Positions 1 to 9,395 of a stretch of DNA of 45,391 nucleotides are shown here, piece by piece. Each line of letters opens with the position of its first letter. The stretch's first letter is position 1. The notes under the pieces are model-generated. The model had not been told where the DNA came from. It saw only the letters and a program-made list of their open reading frames with translations, and made no database searches. This stretch comes from Chitinophagia bacterium. Its GTDB lineage: Bacteria; Bacteroidota; Bacteroidia; Chitinophagales; Chitinophagaceae. The stretch lies in contig RFVQ01000001.1 in assembly GCA_009922495.1 (NCBI GenBank), positions 1-45,391 of the forward strand, in the 5' to 3' direction. Both the position numbers and the translations under genes were made by a program.

Positions 1-2
1 TG

Positions 3-1427
3 AGAAAGGATAACCTGATGATGCGGCTGGGATTTAAGAGCAGTGATAAGTTCAGCACTGATTTTTTATTGTTGCTCACTGATCTCTATTACCAAACACC
101 AGGTGGCTTAACGCTTTCGCAATTCGAAAGCAATCCGCGTCAATCGAGGCCAGCCACTGCAGTGTTGCCATCCTTCAAAGACCAGAAAACAGCAGTGTAC
201 AACAAGACGGCTGTATTGGGAATTGCCAATACTGTTCAGCTTTCCAAAAGTTGGAAAACGGTCACAGCCATCAGTTCCTCATTCACTGGATTTAAAAATC
301 CTTTTCTTACAAATTATGAAAAAAGAAGTGAGTTGAATGTTGGGTTGAGGTCCAAGTGGGTGTATGAGAAAAACATTGGGATTCCAATACAATGGGTTAG
401 TGGCATAGAACTGCAAACCGGTGATTATTCCATTGATAGCAGTGGAAACAACAAAGGTGTTCCGGATGCAAACAAAGTGACGGATAATATCGTTGCAAGG
501 CAGCAATTTCTTTTTTCACAGGTGCAAGTCAGTCCCTTTTCGTTCATGCGATTTCAAACAGGATTTAGCTATAATAATTTTCGATACAGCATCGAAAGGA
601 CTTTGGGTATTCCAAACAATGGAATGATTGATATGAATTTCAAGGGGCAACTGTTGCCGAGGTTTTCATTGATGATCAATCCCATTGAGCCTCTCGGTTT
701 TTATGCAGTGATATCAAAGGGATATTCATCACCTACCATTGCTGAGATAAGACCTTCAGCTGGAGGGGTATACAAAGAACTTCAGGCGGAACATGGATGG
801 AACAAAGAATGGGGTGTCAAGTTCAGTGCCTTGCGCAGCAGGTTTTCATTGGAGTTGGTTCATTTTCAATTTGACCTGAAAGATGCGATTGTCAGACAAG
901 TGAATGCCAGGGGTGCCGAGTATTTCATCAATACAGGCTCCACCCAACAAAAAGGATGGGAGACGGATATTTCCATGTTGATCCTGAATAGACAAACAGG
1001 CAATGGTCTATACAGAATGACTGCATCTGCTGCTTATACAAAAAACAGCTTCCGGTTTCTTGAGTACAAACCCAGTGGTGCAAATTTTTCAGGAAACAAA
1101 CTCACTGGAGTGCCTTCAGAAGTTGTATCCATGGGAGTGCAGTTTTCATTTCTTCAAGGGTTCTTTTGCAATGCAAATTTTTACTATGCCGGAGCCATCC
1201 CCCTGAACGATGCCAATACTGCATTTGCCCAACCTTACCGGTTGTGGCAGGGCAAATTGGGATGGGAAGGGAAAATGGCCAAGAAGAACTGCAGCATTTA
1301 CCTGGTTGCAGATAATATTTTCAATGAGCGATACGGATTGGGGAATGATATCAATGCATTTGGCGGAAGGTTTTACAATGCAGCACCCTCCCGTAATCTG
1401 CAGGCTGGATTCACCCTGCAGTTTTAA
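3..1427 (+). CDS. TonB-dependent outer-membrane receptor, 5'-truncated (beta-barrel part)
   Basis: Frame is open from the window edge. Amphipathic beta-strands, 'KGYSSPTIAE' motif, TBDR-type C-terminus 'DNIFNERY...RNLQAGFTLQF' ending in Phe. Confidence 0.9.
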   Translation, partial: RKDNLMMRLGFKSSDKFSTDFLLLLTDLYYQTPGGLTLSQFESNPRQSRPATAVLPSFKDQKTAVYNKTAVLGIANTVQLSKSWKTVTAISSSFTGFKNPFLTNYEKRSELNVGLRSKWVYEKNIGIPIQWVSGIELQTGDYSIDSSGNNKGVPDANKVTDNIVARQQFLFSQVQVSPFSFMRFQTGFSYNNFRYSIERTLGIPNNGMIDMNFKGQLLPRFSLMINPIEPLGFYAVISKGYSSPTIAEIRPSAGGVYKELQAEHGWNKEWGVKFSALRSRFSLELVHFQFDLKDAIVRQVNARGAEYFINTGSTQQKGWETDISMLILNRQTGNGLYRMTASAAYTKNSFRFLEYKPSGANFSGNKLTGVPSEVVSMGVQFSFLQGFFCNANFYYAGAIPLNDANTAFAQPYRLWQGKLGWEGKMAKKNCSIYLVADNIFNERYGLGNDINAFGGRFYNAAPSRNLQAGFTLQF

Positions 1428-2233
1428 CCCTTTGATTTTTTGGGCAGTCGATGTGAAAAGAGCCAAGGCAAGAGTTCTTTTTCCTGGAAAGCATTTTTCC
1501 AGCTGTCATGTCCCACTCCCGGATATTCGGTGTATTTGACGTTTTTATTTTTTTGATTCAGTAGGTTGAAAATCATCCTTGAATTGGCCACAGGAATCAC
1601 ATTGTCTTTGTCGCCATGAAAGATCCAAAGCGGCAAGTCATTTCTGTACCCACTGATCATGGCAGGATTTCCTCCACCGCAAATAGGAATGGCTGCAGCA
1701 AAAACACCTGGTTTTCGCCAAAGCAACTCAAAACTGCCATATCCCCCCATGGATAATCCTCCTAGATAAACCCTCTTCTTTTCTATTGTTCCGGATTTCA
1801 GCAATGTGTCGATGAATGCAGAAACCAGTTGAAGTGGTCGGGTCATTTCACCTTCTGTCCAAACCGGAAGATCTGCATTTTCATCAGTGATTTTTTTGGA
1901 GTAATCTGACCATCTTTGGTTTTTAGGGCATTGAGGAAATACTACAATGGCAGGAAAGTTGGCTCTGTTGGCAGAATCGAGAAAAAGATCTCCTCCCCAG
2001 GTCAATTGTGCTTCATTATCATTTCCTCTTTCTCCAGCTCCATGAAGGAAAATAACAAGCGGATATTTTTTCCCGGACTGAAAATTCTTGGGAGTGAGGA
2101 TTCTGCAAGGGAGAGTATCATTTCCTAAAATAAAGAGCTGCTTCTCGAAAAGTGATTTGTTTTGCGAGGATGCAGGAAGTACTTTGATGAGCAATATCAT
2201 CCCCCAAATGAGCTTTATCCAAACTTTTTTCAT
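1424..2233 (-). CDS. Secreted alpha/beta-hydrolase (carboxylesterase/phospholipase, peptidase S9-like)
   Basis: Signal peptide; 'LVIFLHGAGERG'; nucleophile elbow GLSMGG; 'FHGDKD' Asp; 'GVGHDSW' His. Confidence 0.85.
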   Translation of the reverse strand: MKKVWIKLIWGMILLIKVLPASSQNKSLFEKQLFILGNDTLPCRILTPKNFQSGKKYPLVIFLHGAGERGNDNEAQLTWGGDLFLDSANRANFPAIVVFPQCPKNQRWSDYSKKITDENADLPVWTEGEMTRPLQLVSAFIDTLLKSGTIEKKRVYLGGLSMGGYGSFELLWRKPGVFAAAIPICGGGNPAMISGYRNDLPLWIFHGDKDNVIPVANSRMIFNLLNQKNKNVKYTEYPGVGHDSWKNAFQEKELLPWLFSHRLPKKSKG

Positions 2234-2254
2234 GAATTCAAATTACTGAAAAGG

Positions 2255-3394
2255 CTACAATCTTCTGGTGATGATGGGCAGGATTTCCTTTTTCCAGCTA
2301 ACAAAATTCCCCTCTATAATTTTTTCCCTTGCTGTTTTGACGAGCCATAGATAAAACGCAAGGTTTTGGATGCTGGCAATGGTAAGTCCGAGTATTTCCT
2401 TGCTTTTCAGCAAATGGCGTAAATACGATTTTGAGTAATAGGAAGAAACATTGTTATCGAGCAGCGGGTCTAAAACAGCATGATCAAACTCCCATTTTTT
2501 ATTGTCGATATTGATAACACCCTGTGTGGTGAAGAGCATGGCATTTCTTCCATTGCGGGTAGGCATGACACAATCAAACATGTCCACCCCCAAGGAAATG
2601 CATTCCAAAAGATCGGCAGGGGTACCAACTCCCATCAGATAGCGCGGCTTGTTCTCTGGAAGGTGTTCGCAGGACCATCCGCAGTATTCATGGATCATCT
2701 CGGTGGGCTCACCCACACTCAGCCCCCCTATGGCATTTCCCACTGCATCTTTTGCGCTGATGTATTCACAGGAGGCTTTTCTCAAATCCTTGTGTGTTCC
2801 GCCCTGTACGATGGGGAAAAGATTTTGGGTATATCCGTAGAGCGGTTCCGTATGATTGAATTGATGAAAACACCTGTCCAGCCATCGGTGCGTCAATTCC
2901 ATTGAGTCCTTGACATATTTATACTCGCTGGGGTAGGGTGGACATTCATCGAATGCCATGATGATGTCACCGCCGATCACCCTTTGGATGTCCATGGCTT
3001 TTTCAGGCGTAAAAAGGTGTTTGGAGCCATCGATATGGCTTTGAAAAACAACCCCCTCTTCACTGATTTTTCGGTTGGCAGCCAGAGAGAAAACCTGGTA
3101 ACCTCCGCTGTCTGTTAGAATAGGTTTCTGCCAGCCATTGAAGGCATGCAGCCCTCCAGCAGATTGGAGGACTTCCATTCCTGGTCTAAGGTAAAGATGA
3201 TAGGTGTTGCCCAGGATGATCTCAGCTTTGACATCCTCTCTCAATTGTTGTTGTGTCAGGGCTTTTACGGTTCCTGCAGTTCCCACTGGCATGAAGATGG
3301 GCGTTTGTATGGTACCATGATCTGTTGTGATCGTTCCCGCACGTGCCTTGGATAGGGCATCTGTTTTTTCCAGTTTAAATGTCAACGGAGGCAT
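2255..3394 (-). CDS. tgt: tRNA-guanine transglycosylase (queuine tRNA-ribosyltransferase)
   Basis: TPIFMPVGT, GNTYHL, TDSGGYQ, FDECP, GGLSVGE and FDCVMPTRNGR motifs. Confidence 0.97.
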   Translation of the reverse strand: MPPLTFKLEKTDALSKARAGTITTDHGTIQTPIFMPVGTAGTVKALTQQQLREDVKAEIILGNTYHLYLRPGMEVLQSAGGLHAFNGWQKPILTDSGGYQVFSLAANRKISEEGVVFQSHIDGSKHLFTPEKAMDIQRVIGGDIIMAFDECPPYPSEYKYVKDSMELTHRWLDRCFHQFNHTEPLYGYTQNLFPIVQGGTHKDLRKASCEYISAKDAVGNAIGGLSVGEPTEMIHEYCGWSCEHLPENKPRYLMGVGTPADLLECISLGVDMFDCVMPTRNGRNAMLFTTQGVINIDNKKWEFDHAVLDPLLDNNVSSYYSKSYLRHLLKSKEILGLTIASIQNLAFYLWLVKTAREKIIEGNFVSWKKEILPIITRRL

Positions 3395-3397
3395 GGT

Positions 3398-3405
3398 GCA
3401 AGTTA
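3398..3405 (-). promoter_or_regulatory. Putative -7 promoter element (TAACTTGC variant) of tgt, likely leaderless
   Basis: Minus strand reads TAACTTGC-ACC-ATG. Confidence 0.45.
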
Positions 3406-3463
3406 ATCAGAAAGCCGGGATGAAAATTTTGCAGTAGCAAGGATTTTATTGACGCCCATCCGT

Positions 3464-3471
3464 TACTTTTG
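3464..3471 (+). promoter_or_regulatory. Bacteroidota housekeeping -7 promoter element TACTTTTG
   Basis: Exact TAnnTTTG match 18 nt upstream of the ATG at 3490. Confidence 0.65.
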
Positions 3472-3489
3472 GAGTTCTAAAAAATATTT

Positions 3490-3963
3490 ATGGAAACAGG
3501 ATTGCTTCACTTGCACAATTTGCTTCGCTGGATCATTGTGATTCTTCTTTTGTTGTCAATCATCAAAGCATATACCGGTTGGAAAGGCAACAAGTCATTT
3601 TCGGCAGGTGATGCCAAGATCTGGCTGTTCACGATGATAGCCTCCCATATCACTTTGTTGCTGGGCCTTTATCAATGGTTGATGGGCAGGTATGGCCTCC
3701 TCACTTTTGAGATCCCAGCAGGCAGTTCCAGGATGAAGGATCCCTTTATCCGATTTTTTCAGGTAGAGCATCCCGTTTCGATGTTACTGGCCATCCTCTT
3801 CATCACCTTGGGACGTGGCATGGCAAAAAAAGACCTGAGCGATTCCCTCAAATACAGACAGGCCTTTGTTTACTTTTTCGTGGCTTTGCTGCTGTTGCTC
3901 GCTGCAGTACCCTGGCCTTTCAGATCAAACTATTATAAGGGTATTGCCGGTGTCAGGTCCTGA
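3490..3963 (+). CDS. Four-TM membrane protein ('cytochrome B'-like Bacteroidota family)
   Basis: Four hydrophobic segments with membrane His residues (HLHNLLRW, ASHITLLLG, VEHP) and C-terminal PWPF. Confidence 0.7.
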   Translation: METGLLHLHNLLRWIIVILLLLSIIKAYTGWKGNKSFSAGDAKIWLFTMIASHITLLLGLYQWLMGRYGLLTFEIPAGSSRMKDPFIRFFQVEHPVSMLLAILFITLGRGMAKKDLSDSLKYRQAFVYFFVALLLLLAAVPWPFRSNYYKGIAGVRS

Positions 3964-4044
3964 AGGATCGACCCATTTCTCAAAAACAGGTCTAAAGGAT
4001 TGAAAATATCCTCCAAGATATTTTTACAATTCCATTGATTATCT

Positions 4045-4052
4045 TATCTTTG
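4045..4052 (+). promoter_or_regulatory. -7 promoter element TATCTTTG of the infA/alpha operon
   Basis: Exact TAnnTTTG match 12 nt before the infA ATG. Confidence 0.7.
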
Positions 4053-4064
4053 CGCTCCCAAATT

Positions 4065-4283
4065 ATGGCCAAGCAAGCACTAATCAAGCAGGACGGAGTT
4101 ATCATTGAAGCACTCAGCAATGCTATGTTCAAAGTGAAATTGGAGAATGGACATGAGATTCTTGCGACCATTTCAGGAAAAATGAGGATGCACTACATCC
4201 GTATTCTTCCAGGCGATAAGGTGGGAGTGGAGATGAGCCCATATGACCTCACAAGAGGAAGGATCATTTTCCGATATAAATAA
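4065..4283 (+). CDS. infA: Translation initiation factor IF-1
   Basis: 72 aa, [11 protein letters not shown]...[18 protein letters not shown]...RGRIIFRYK. Start moved to ATG 4065. Confidence 0.98.
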   Translation: MAKQALIKQDGVIIEALSNAMFKVKLENGHEILATISGKMRMHYIRILPGDKVGVEMSPYDLTRGRIIFRYK

Positions 4284-4312
4284 AAAAGACCTAAAAGGTA
4301 TAAAACAGGTAT

Positions 4313-4429
4313 ATGAAAGTAAGAGCATCCATCAAGAAGCGCAGTGCGGATTGCAAAATTGTTCGCCGCAAGGGTAAACTTTATGTGATCAACAAAAAGA
4401 ATCCCCGATTCAAGCAGCGTCAGGGTTAA
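4313..4429 (+). CDS. rpmJ: 50S ribosomal protein L36 (zinc-free type); not in the ORF track
   Basis: Manual translation: [38 protein letters not shown] (38 aa), between infA and rpsM. Confidence 0.98.
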   Translation: MKVRASIKKRSADCKIVRRKGKLYVINKKNPRFKQRQG

Positions 4430-4467
4430 TCCACATTCAAACAACAAGAAAAATACAATAAACATTT

Positions 4468-4848
4468 ATGGCTCGTATTGCAGGTATTGATTTGCCAAAG
4501 AACAAAAGAGGTGAGATTGGTCTCACTTACATCTATGGCATCGGACAGTCCACTGCCCAGTACATTTTGTCCAAGGCAGGGATCGATTTCAACAAAAAAG
4601 TAAATCAGTGGAATGATGATGAGCTGAATGCCATCAGGTCTATCATTACCAATGAGTTCAAGGTTGAAGGTCAGCTTCGTTCTGAAGTTCAAATGTCCAT
4701 CAAGCGTCTGCTTGACATCGCATGTTACCGCGGTCTTCGTCACCGTAAGGGACTGCCTGTTAGGGGCCAGCGTACCAAAACCAATGCCCGCACGAGGAAA
4801 GGAAAGAGGAAGACTGTTGCAGGTAAGAAGAAGGCTCCTAAGAAATAA
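4468..4848 (+). CDS. rpsM: 30S ribosomal protein S13
   Basis: [14 protein letters not shown]...[26 protein letters not shown]. Confidence 0.98.
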   Translation: MARIAGIDLPKNKRGEIGLTYIYGIGQSTAQYILSKAGIDFNKKVNQWNDDELNAIRSIITNEFKVEGQLRSEVQMSIKRLLDIACYRGLRHRKGLPVRGQRTKTNARTRKGKRKTVAGKKKAPKK

Positions 4849-4854
4849 TCAACC

Positions 4855-4885
4855 GAAAAGTGGCGATTGCCGCTTTTCTGTTATT
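4855..4885 (+). terminator. Terminator-like hairpin between rpsM and rpsK
   Basis: GAAAAGTGGC-GATT-GCCGCTTTTC (10-bp stem, one G-U pair) followed by TGTTATT. Confidence 0.5.
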
Positions 4886-4993
4886 ATAAATTGCACCCAT
4901 AACAACTGTTCAACGCCGGAAACCAGGTGCAGGCAAGGGTTGATCAGGGCCTGAAAAGGTTGACAACATTTTGAATACCTATTTTAAATTACA

Positions 4994-5398
4994 ATGGCAA
5001 AAGCACAACAGAACAGCGCAAAAGCCGCTGCAAAGAAAAGGGTGGTAAAAGTTGATAGTTTCGGGGATGCCCACATCAACGCCACTTTCAACAACATCAT
5101 TATTAGTTTGACCAACAAGGCAGGCCAGGTTATTTCCTGGAGCAGTGCTGGTAAGATGGGCTTCAGGGGTTCCAAAAAGAATACTCCTTATGCAGCGCAG
5201 ATGGCAGCACAGGATTGTGCCAGGGTTGCATTGGAAGCTGGTCTCAAGCGTGTGGATGTATATGTAAAAGGTCCAGGTGCCGGTAGGGAAGGTGCAATTC
5301 GTGCACTGGCCAATTCCGGAATCGAGGTGGTCATGATCAAGGACATCACTCCTTTGCCGCACAACGGTTGCCGCCCTCCTAAAAAGCGTCGTGTATAA
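4994..5398 (+). CDS. rpsK: 30S ribosomal protein S11
   Basis: [46 protein letters not shown]. Confidence 0.98.
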   Translation: MAKAQQNSAKAAAKKRVVKVDSFGDAHINATFNNIIISLTNKAGQVISWSSAGKMGFRGSKKNTPYAAQMAAQDCARVALEAGLKRVDVYVKGPGAGREGAIRALANSGIEVVMIKDITPLPHNGCRPPKKRRV

Positions 5399-5484
5399 TC
5401 AATATTCATAACAGGACAACGGATTCAGTTTTATGATTTTTTCATAATCCGCTGTTCAAACTAAAAAATCAAAATTCATTACAA

Positions 5485-6090
5485 ATGGCACGTTACACAG
5501 GTCCCAAAACAAAGATCTCCAGGATTTTCGGTGAGCCGATTCTGGGCAATGCAAAGTATCTAGACAAAAACAGCAATCCTCCCGGTCAGCATGGCGCACA
5601 ACGCAAGCGCAAGCAATTGGGTGAATATGCTATCCAGTTGAAAGAAAAGCAAAAGGCTAAATATACCTATGGTGTATTGGAGCGTCAGTTCCGCAAAACT
5701 TTTGAGGAAGCAGCCCGCCTGAAGGGTGTTACCGGTGAAAACCTCATCAAGTTGTTGGAAGCACGTTTGGATAATACCGTTTACCGCATGGGTATTTCTC
5801 CTTCACGTCCTGCTGCCCGCCAGTTGGTTTCTCACAAACACATCATGGTAAATGATGTAGTGGTGAATGTTCCTTCTTATCAACTGAAGCCAGGAGATGT
5901 AGTTTCCATTGCTGATAAGAGCAAAGAGAATGCCAGTGTGAAAAGCCTGATGAGACCCAAGAATCCAAAGATCGGATGGGTGGATTTCAACGAGGGACAA
6001 TTGACTGGTACCTTTGTAGCTTATCCTGAAAGAGAGAATGTTCCTGAGAACATCAAGGAACAACTGATCGTTGAATTGTATTCTAAGTAA
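5485..6090 (+). CDS. rpsD: 30S ribosomal protein S4
   Basis: MARYTGPK, PPGQHG, LEARLDNTVYR, ARQLVSHKHI, EQLIVELYSK. No Cys zinc motif. Confidence 0.98.
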   Translation: MARYTGPKTKISRIFGEPILGNAKYLDKNSNPPGQHGAQRKRKQLGEYAIQLKEKQKAKYTYGVLERQFRKTFEEAARLKGVTGENLIKLLEARLDNTVYRMGISPSRPAARQLVSHKHIMVNDVVVNVPSYQLKPGDVVSIADKSKENASVKSLMRPKNPKIGWVDFNEGQLTGTFVAYPERENVPENIKEQLIVELYSK

Positions 6091-6182
6091 TCTGCCTGAT
6101 GCCGGCTTGCCGGCCTTGGGTTTTCATATCACCCGTTCTCCCAATAAAATTGGGAACAACAAGTAAAAACAGAAATTTAAAT

Positions 6183-7184
6183 ATGGCCATTTTAAATTTC
6201 CAGCAGCCGGACAAAATTGTCCTCCAGAAAGCAACCGATTTCGAAGCACAATTCGAATTCCGTCCACTTGAACCCGGATACGGTGTTACCATTGGTAACG
6301 CACTCCGCAGGGTTCTCCTGAATTCATTGGAAGGATATGCCATCACTGGTATTGTCATTGAAGGCGCCGACCATGAGTTTGCAACCCTCAAAGGTGTTGT
6401 AGAGGATGTAACAGAGATCATCCTGAACCTCAAGCAAATCAGGTTCAAGAAAATCCTTGATCATGATGTTCAAACTGAGAAGTTGAACCTCAGCATCAAA
6501 GGAAAATCTGAGTTCACTGCCGGCATGATCGACGAAGTTACCGGAACATTCCAAGTAATGAATCCTGAATTGCTCATCTGTACGATGGACAGCTCAGCCA
6601 AGCTCAATATTGAACTGCATATCTCCAAAGGAAGGGGTTATATCGCTTCTGAAGAGAACAGGATCAAAGAAGCTCCATTCGGATTTATTCCGATTGACTC
6701 CATCCATACTCCCATCAAAAATGTGAAGTATGCGATCGAAAATACCCGTGTTGAGCAACGCACAGATTTCGAAAAACTTTTGTTGGATGTGGTTACCGAT
6801 GGTACCATCCATCCAGAGGAAGCAGTGAAGCAGGCATCCAGGATCTTGATCCAGCACCTGATGATCATCACTGACGAGAACATCACTTTCGATAACAAGG
6901 AAGAGAAGAAGGAAGATCTGGTGGATGAGCAAACCCTCCAGTTGAGGAAAGTGCTCAAAACTCCATTGGAAGACCTGGACCTTTCCGTTCGTGCCTTCAA
7001 TTGTTTGAAAGCGGCTAAGATCAACAGCTTGAGCCAGTTGGTGCAATACGAGCAGGAAGACCTGATGAAGTTCAGGAACTTTGGTCAAAAGTCTCTTTCT
7101 GAGATCGAACAGGTACTCCAAGAGAGGGGTCTTCATTTCGGAATGGACCTCGCCAAGTTGGGTATCGATGTAGAAGAATTTTAA
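6183..7184 (+). CDS. rpoA: RNA polymerase subunit alpha
   Basis: PLEPGYGVTIGNALRRVLL, HEFATLKGVVEDV, alpha-CTD LSVRAFNCLK...NFGQKSLSEI. Start moved to ATG 6183 (MAILNFQ). Confidence 0.98.
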   Translation: MAILNFQQPDKIVLQKATDFEAQFEFRPLEPGYGVTIGNALRRVLLNSLEGYAITGIVIEGADHEFATLKGVVEDVTEIILNLKQIRFKKILDHDVQTEKLNLSIKGKSEFTAGMIDEVTGTFQVMNPELLICTMDSSAKLNIELHISKGRGYIASEENRIKEAPFGFIPIDSIHTPIKNVKYAIENTRVEQRTDFEKLLLDVVTDGTIHPEEAVKQASRILIQHLMIITDENITFDNKEEKKEDLVDEQTLQLRKVLKTPLEDLDLSVRAFNCLKAAKINSLSQLVQYEQEDLMKFRNFGQKSLSEIEQVLQERGLHFGMDLAKLGIDVEEF

Positions 7185-7243
7185 TCAAACAAACCATAAC
7201 AGGCTGTAATTCCTGACACGGTACAGCTTTAAAACAAACAGTC

Positions 7244-7780
7244 ATGCGTCACGGAGACAAAATCAACAACCTGGGCAGAAAGAAAGCCCATCGCGAAGCC
7301 CTCTTGGGCAACATGGCCAGCCAATTGATCACGCACAAGCGTATCGTAACTACATTGGCCAAAGCCAAAGCATTGCGCACCTTCATCGAGCCACTGATCA
7401 CCAAGACCAAGAAGGCAGATAGCAAGGAGCAAATCATGCACAACCATCGTCTTGTTTTCTCTCATTTGCAGGACAAAGCTGCTGTAAAGGAGCTTTTCAC
7501 TGTAATCGGACCCAAAGTTGCCAGTCGTCCCGGTGGATATACCAGGATCATCAAATTGGGCATCAGGGTAGGTGATAATGCAGAAAGAGCCATGATTGAA
7601 TTGGTTGATTTCAATGAAATATATGGTAAGGGAATAGGTGAAGCTGCTGCTCCTGCCAAGAAGACAAGGAGAAGTGGTGGTGCCAAGAAGAAAGCTGCTG
7701 AAACTGCTGCAGCTGAGGCCCCTGCAACGGAAGCACCTGCTGCTGAAGCGGCTGCTGAAGAAGCAACACCTGCTGAATAA
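7244..7780 (+). CDS. rplQ: 50S ribosomal protein L17 with Lys/Ala/Glu-rich C-terminal tail
   Basis: [27 protein letters not shown]; low-complexity tail. Confidence 0.98.
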   Translation: MRHGDKINNLGRKKAHREALLGNMASQLITHKRIVTTLAKAKALRTFIEPLITKTKKADSKEQIMHNHRLVFSHLQDKAAVKELFTVIGPKVASRPGGYTRIIKLGIRVGDNAERAMIELVDFNEIYGKGIGEAAAPAKKTRRSGGAKKKAAETAAAEAPATEAPAAEAAAEEATPAE

Positions 7781-7805
7781 GAAAATGTTGATAAATTATC
7801 TTTTC

Positions 7806-7836
7806 AAAAGGCAGGACTATTGTTCCTGCCTTTTTT
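7806..7836 (+). terminator. Rho-independent terminator of the alpha operon
   Basis: AAAAGGCAGGA-CTATTGT-TCCTGCCTTTTTT. Confidence 0.85.
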
Positions 7837-7861
7837 AATTTGCACCTGTAAATCATCCAAC

Positions 7862-8971
7862 ATGCCTACAAAGGAATCGTCCTCAGTCCCCGCAGTCCTC
7901 GTTTTGGAAGATGGAATGGTATTTCATGGCCGTTCCTTTGGTAAGATAGGAACCACCTCCGGTGAACTCTGCTTCAATACAGGAATGACAGGATATCAGG
8001 AAGTATTTACAGACCCCAGCTATTACGGTCAGGTACTGATCATGAACAATGTTCATACTGGTAATTATGGTGTCAAGCCAGAAGACGTGGAAAGTGAAAC
8101 CGTGAAGATCAAAGGTTTGATTGGAAGAAACCTGGAAGAAAAATACAGCCGCATGATGGCAACTGATTCATTGCAGCAATATCTTATTGACCAGCATGTT
8201 GTTGCCATTGAAGATGTTGACACCAGAGCACTTGTAACCCATATTCGTGAAAAAGGTGCGATGAACTGCATCATCTCTTCTGAAAATACGGATATCGAAT
8301 TGTTAAAGGCTGAGTTGAAAAAAGTGCCATCAATGGATGGACTGGAATTGGCCTCCGTAGTATCCACTCATGAGGTTTACCACATGGGAGATCCCAATTC
8401 CGCTATTCGCATCGCCGTACTGGACTTTGGTGTCAAAAGAAATATCATCCAATGCATGGCCGACAGGGGAGCCTATGTTCGGGTGCATCCCGCCAGAACA
8501 CCCTTTGAGGTCTTGCAGGAATTCAATCCCAATGGATATTTTATATCCAATGGACCTGGCGATCCCTCCACGATGGATTATGCCATCGCCACTGTAAAAA
8601 AGATCCTGGAAACCAAGAAGCCGGTATTTGGAATTTGCCTGGGCCATCAGCTATTGGCCCTTGCCAATGGCATTCCAACCTTCAAGATGCACCATGGCCA
8701 CAGGGGCTTGAACCATCCTGTTAAAAACCTCATGACAGGACTTTGTGAGATCACCACACAGAACCATGGATTTGCAGTGGATGCCAATGCAGTAAGAAAT
8801 GCTGAAAGGATTGAGGTGACCCATGTCAACCTGAATGATGAATCCATTGAGGGCATCAGGCTCAAAGATCGTCCTGCCTTTTCAGTACAATATCATCCTG
8901 AAGCCACGCCAGGTCCACATGACAGCCGTTATCTCTTCGATGATTTCATTTCTCTGATCAACAACAACTGA
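7862..8971 (+). CDS. carA: Carbamoyl-phosphate synthase small subunit
   Basis: FNTGMTGYQEVFTDPSY, SNGPGDP, GICLGHQ, QNHGF, SVQYHPEA. Start moved to ATG 7862. Confidence 0.97.
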   Translation: MPTKESSSVPAVLVLEDGMVFHGRSFGKIGTTSGELCFNTGMTGYQEVFTDPSYYGQVLIMNNVHTGNYGVKPEDVESETVKIKGLIGRNLEEKYSRMMATDSLQQYLIDQHVVAIEDVDTRALVTHIREKGAMNCIISSENTDIELLKAELKKVPSMDGLELASVVSTHEVYHMGDPNSAIRIAVLDFGVKRNIIQCMADRGAYVRVHPARTPFEVLQEFNPNGYFISNGPGDPSTMDYAIATVKKILETKKPVFGICLGHQLLALANGIPTFKMHHGHRGLNHPVKNLMTGLCEITTQNHGFAVDANAVRNAERIEVTHVNLNDESIEGIRLKDRPAFSVQYHPEATPGPHDSRYLFDDFISLINNN

Positions 8972-8972
8972 T

Positions 8973-9395
8973 ATGAAAAGGATAGCCATCATCAATGGTC
9001 CGAACCTAAACCTGCTGGGGAAAAGAGAGCCTGAGGTGTACGGTTCAGTTGGCTTTGATGCTTTCATGGATAAACTCAGGTCAGCTCATCCCGACGTCAG
9101 TTTCAGCTATTTTCAGAGCAATGTAGAAGGTGAGTTGATTGACCAAATACAGAAAGAAGGGTTTGGGTCTGATGGCATCATCTTGAATCCAGGAGGCTAT
9201 ACCCATACTTCCGTAGCCATTGGGGATGCCATTGCTGCTGTTCCCGCACCTGTTGTGGAAGTACACATCTCCAACGTACACGCAAGAGAAGATTTCAGAA
9301 AAATCTCCCATGTATCCGCAAAAGCCAAAGGTACCATATGCGGATTAGGCCTTCAGGGATATGAGTTGGCAGTTGCCTACCTCAAAGGCAGCTGA
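8973..9395 (+). CDS. aroQ: Type II 3-dehydroquinate dehydratase
   Basis: INGPNLNLLGKREPEVYG, QSNVEG, NPGGYTHTS, VEVHISNVHARE. Confidence 0.97.
   Translation: MKRIAIINGPNLNLLGKREPEVYGSVGFDAFMDKLRSAHPDVSFSYFQSNVEGELIDQIQKEGFGSDGIILNPGGYTHTSVAIGDAIAAVPAPVVEVHISNVHAREDFRKISHVSAKAKGTICGLGLQGYELAVAYLKGS

Noticed and set aside
7640-7780. GCTGCTGAA-type short repeats at the end of rplQ
   Set aside because: They encode an Ala/Glu/Pro low-complexity tail, common on Bacteroidota L17; not a repeat element.
7786-7794. Single TGTTGATAA DnaA-box-like 9-mer after rplQ
   Set aside because: An isolated degenerate match is expected by chance in AT-rich spacers.
7862-8971. carA without an adjacent carB
   Set aside because: From recall, rplQ-carA adjacency with carB elsewhere is common in Bacteroidota; not evidence of decay.
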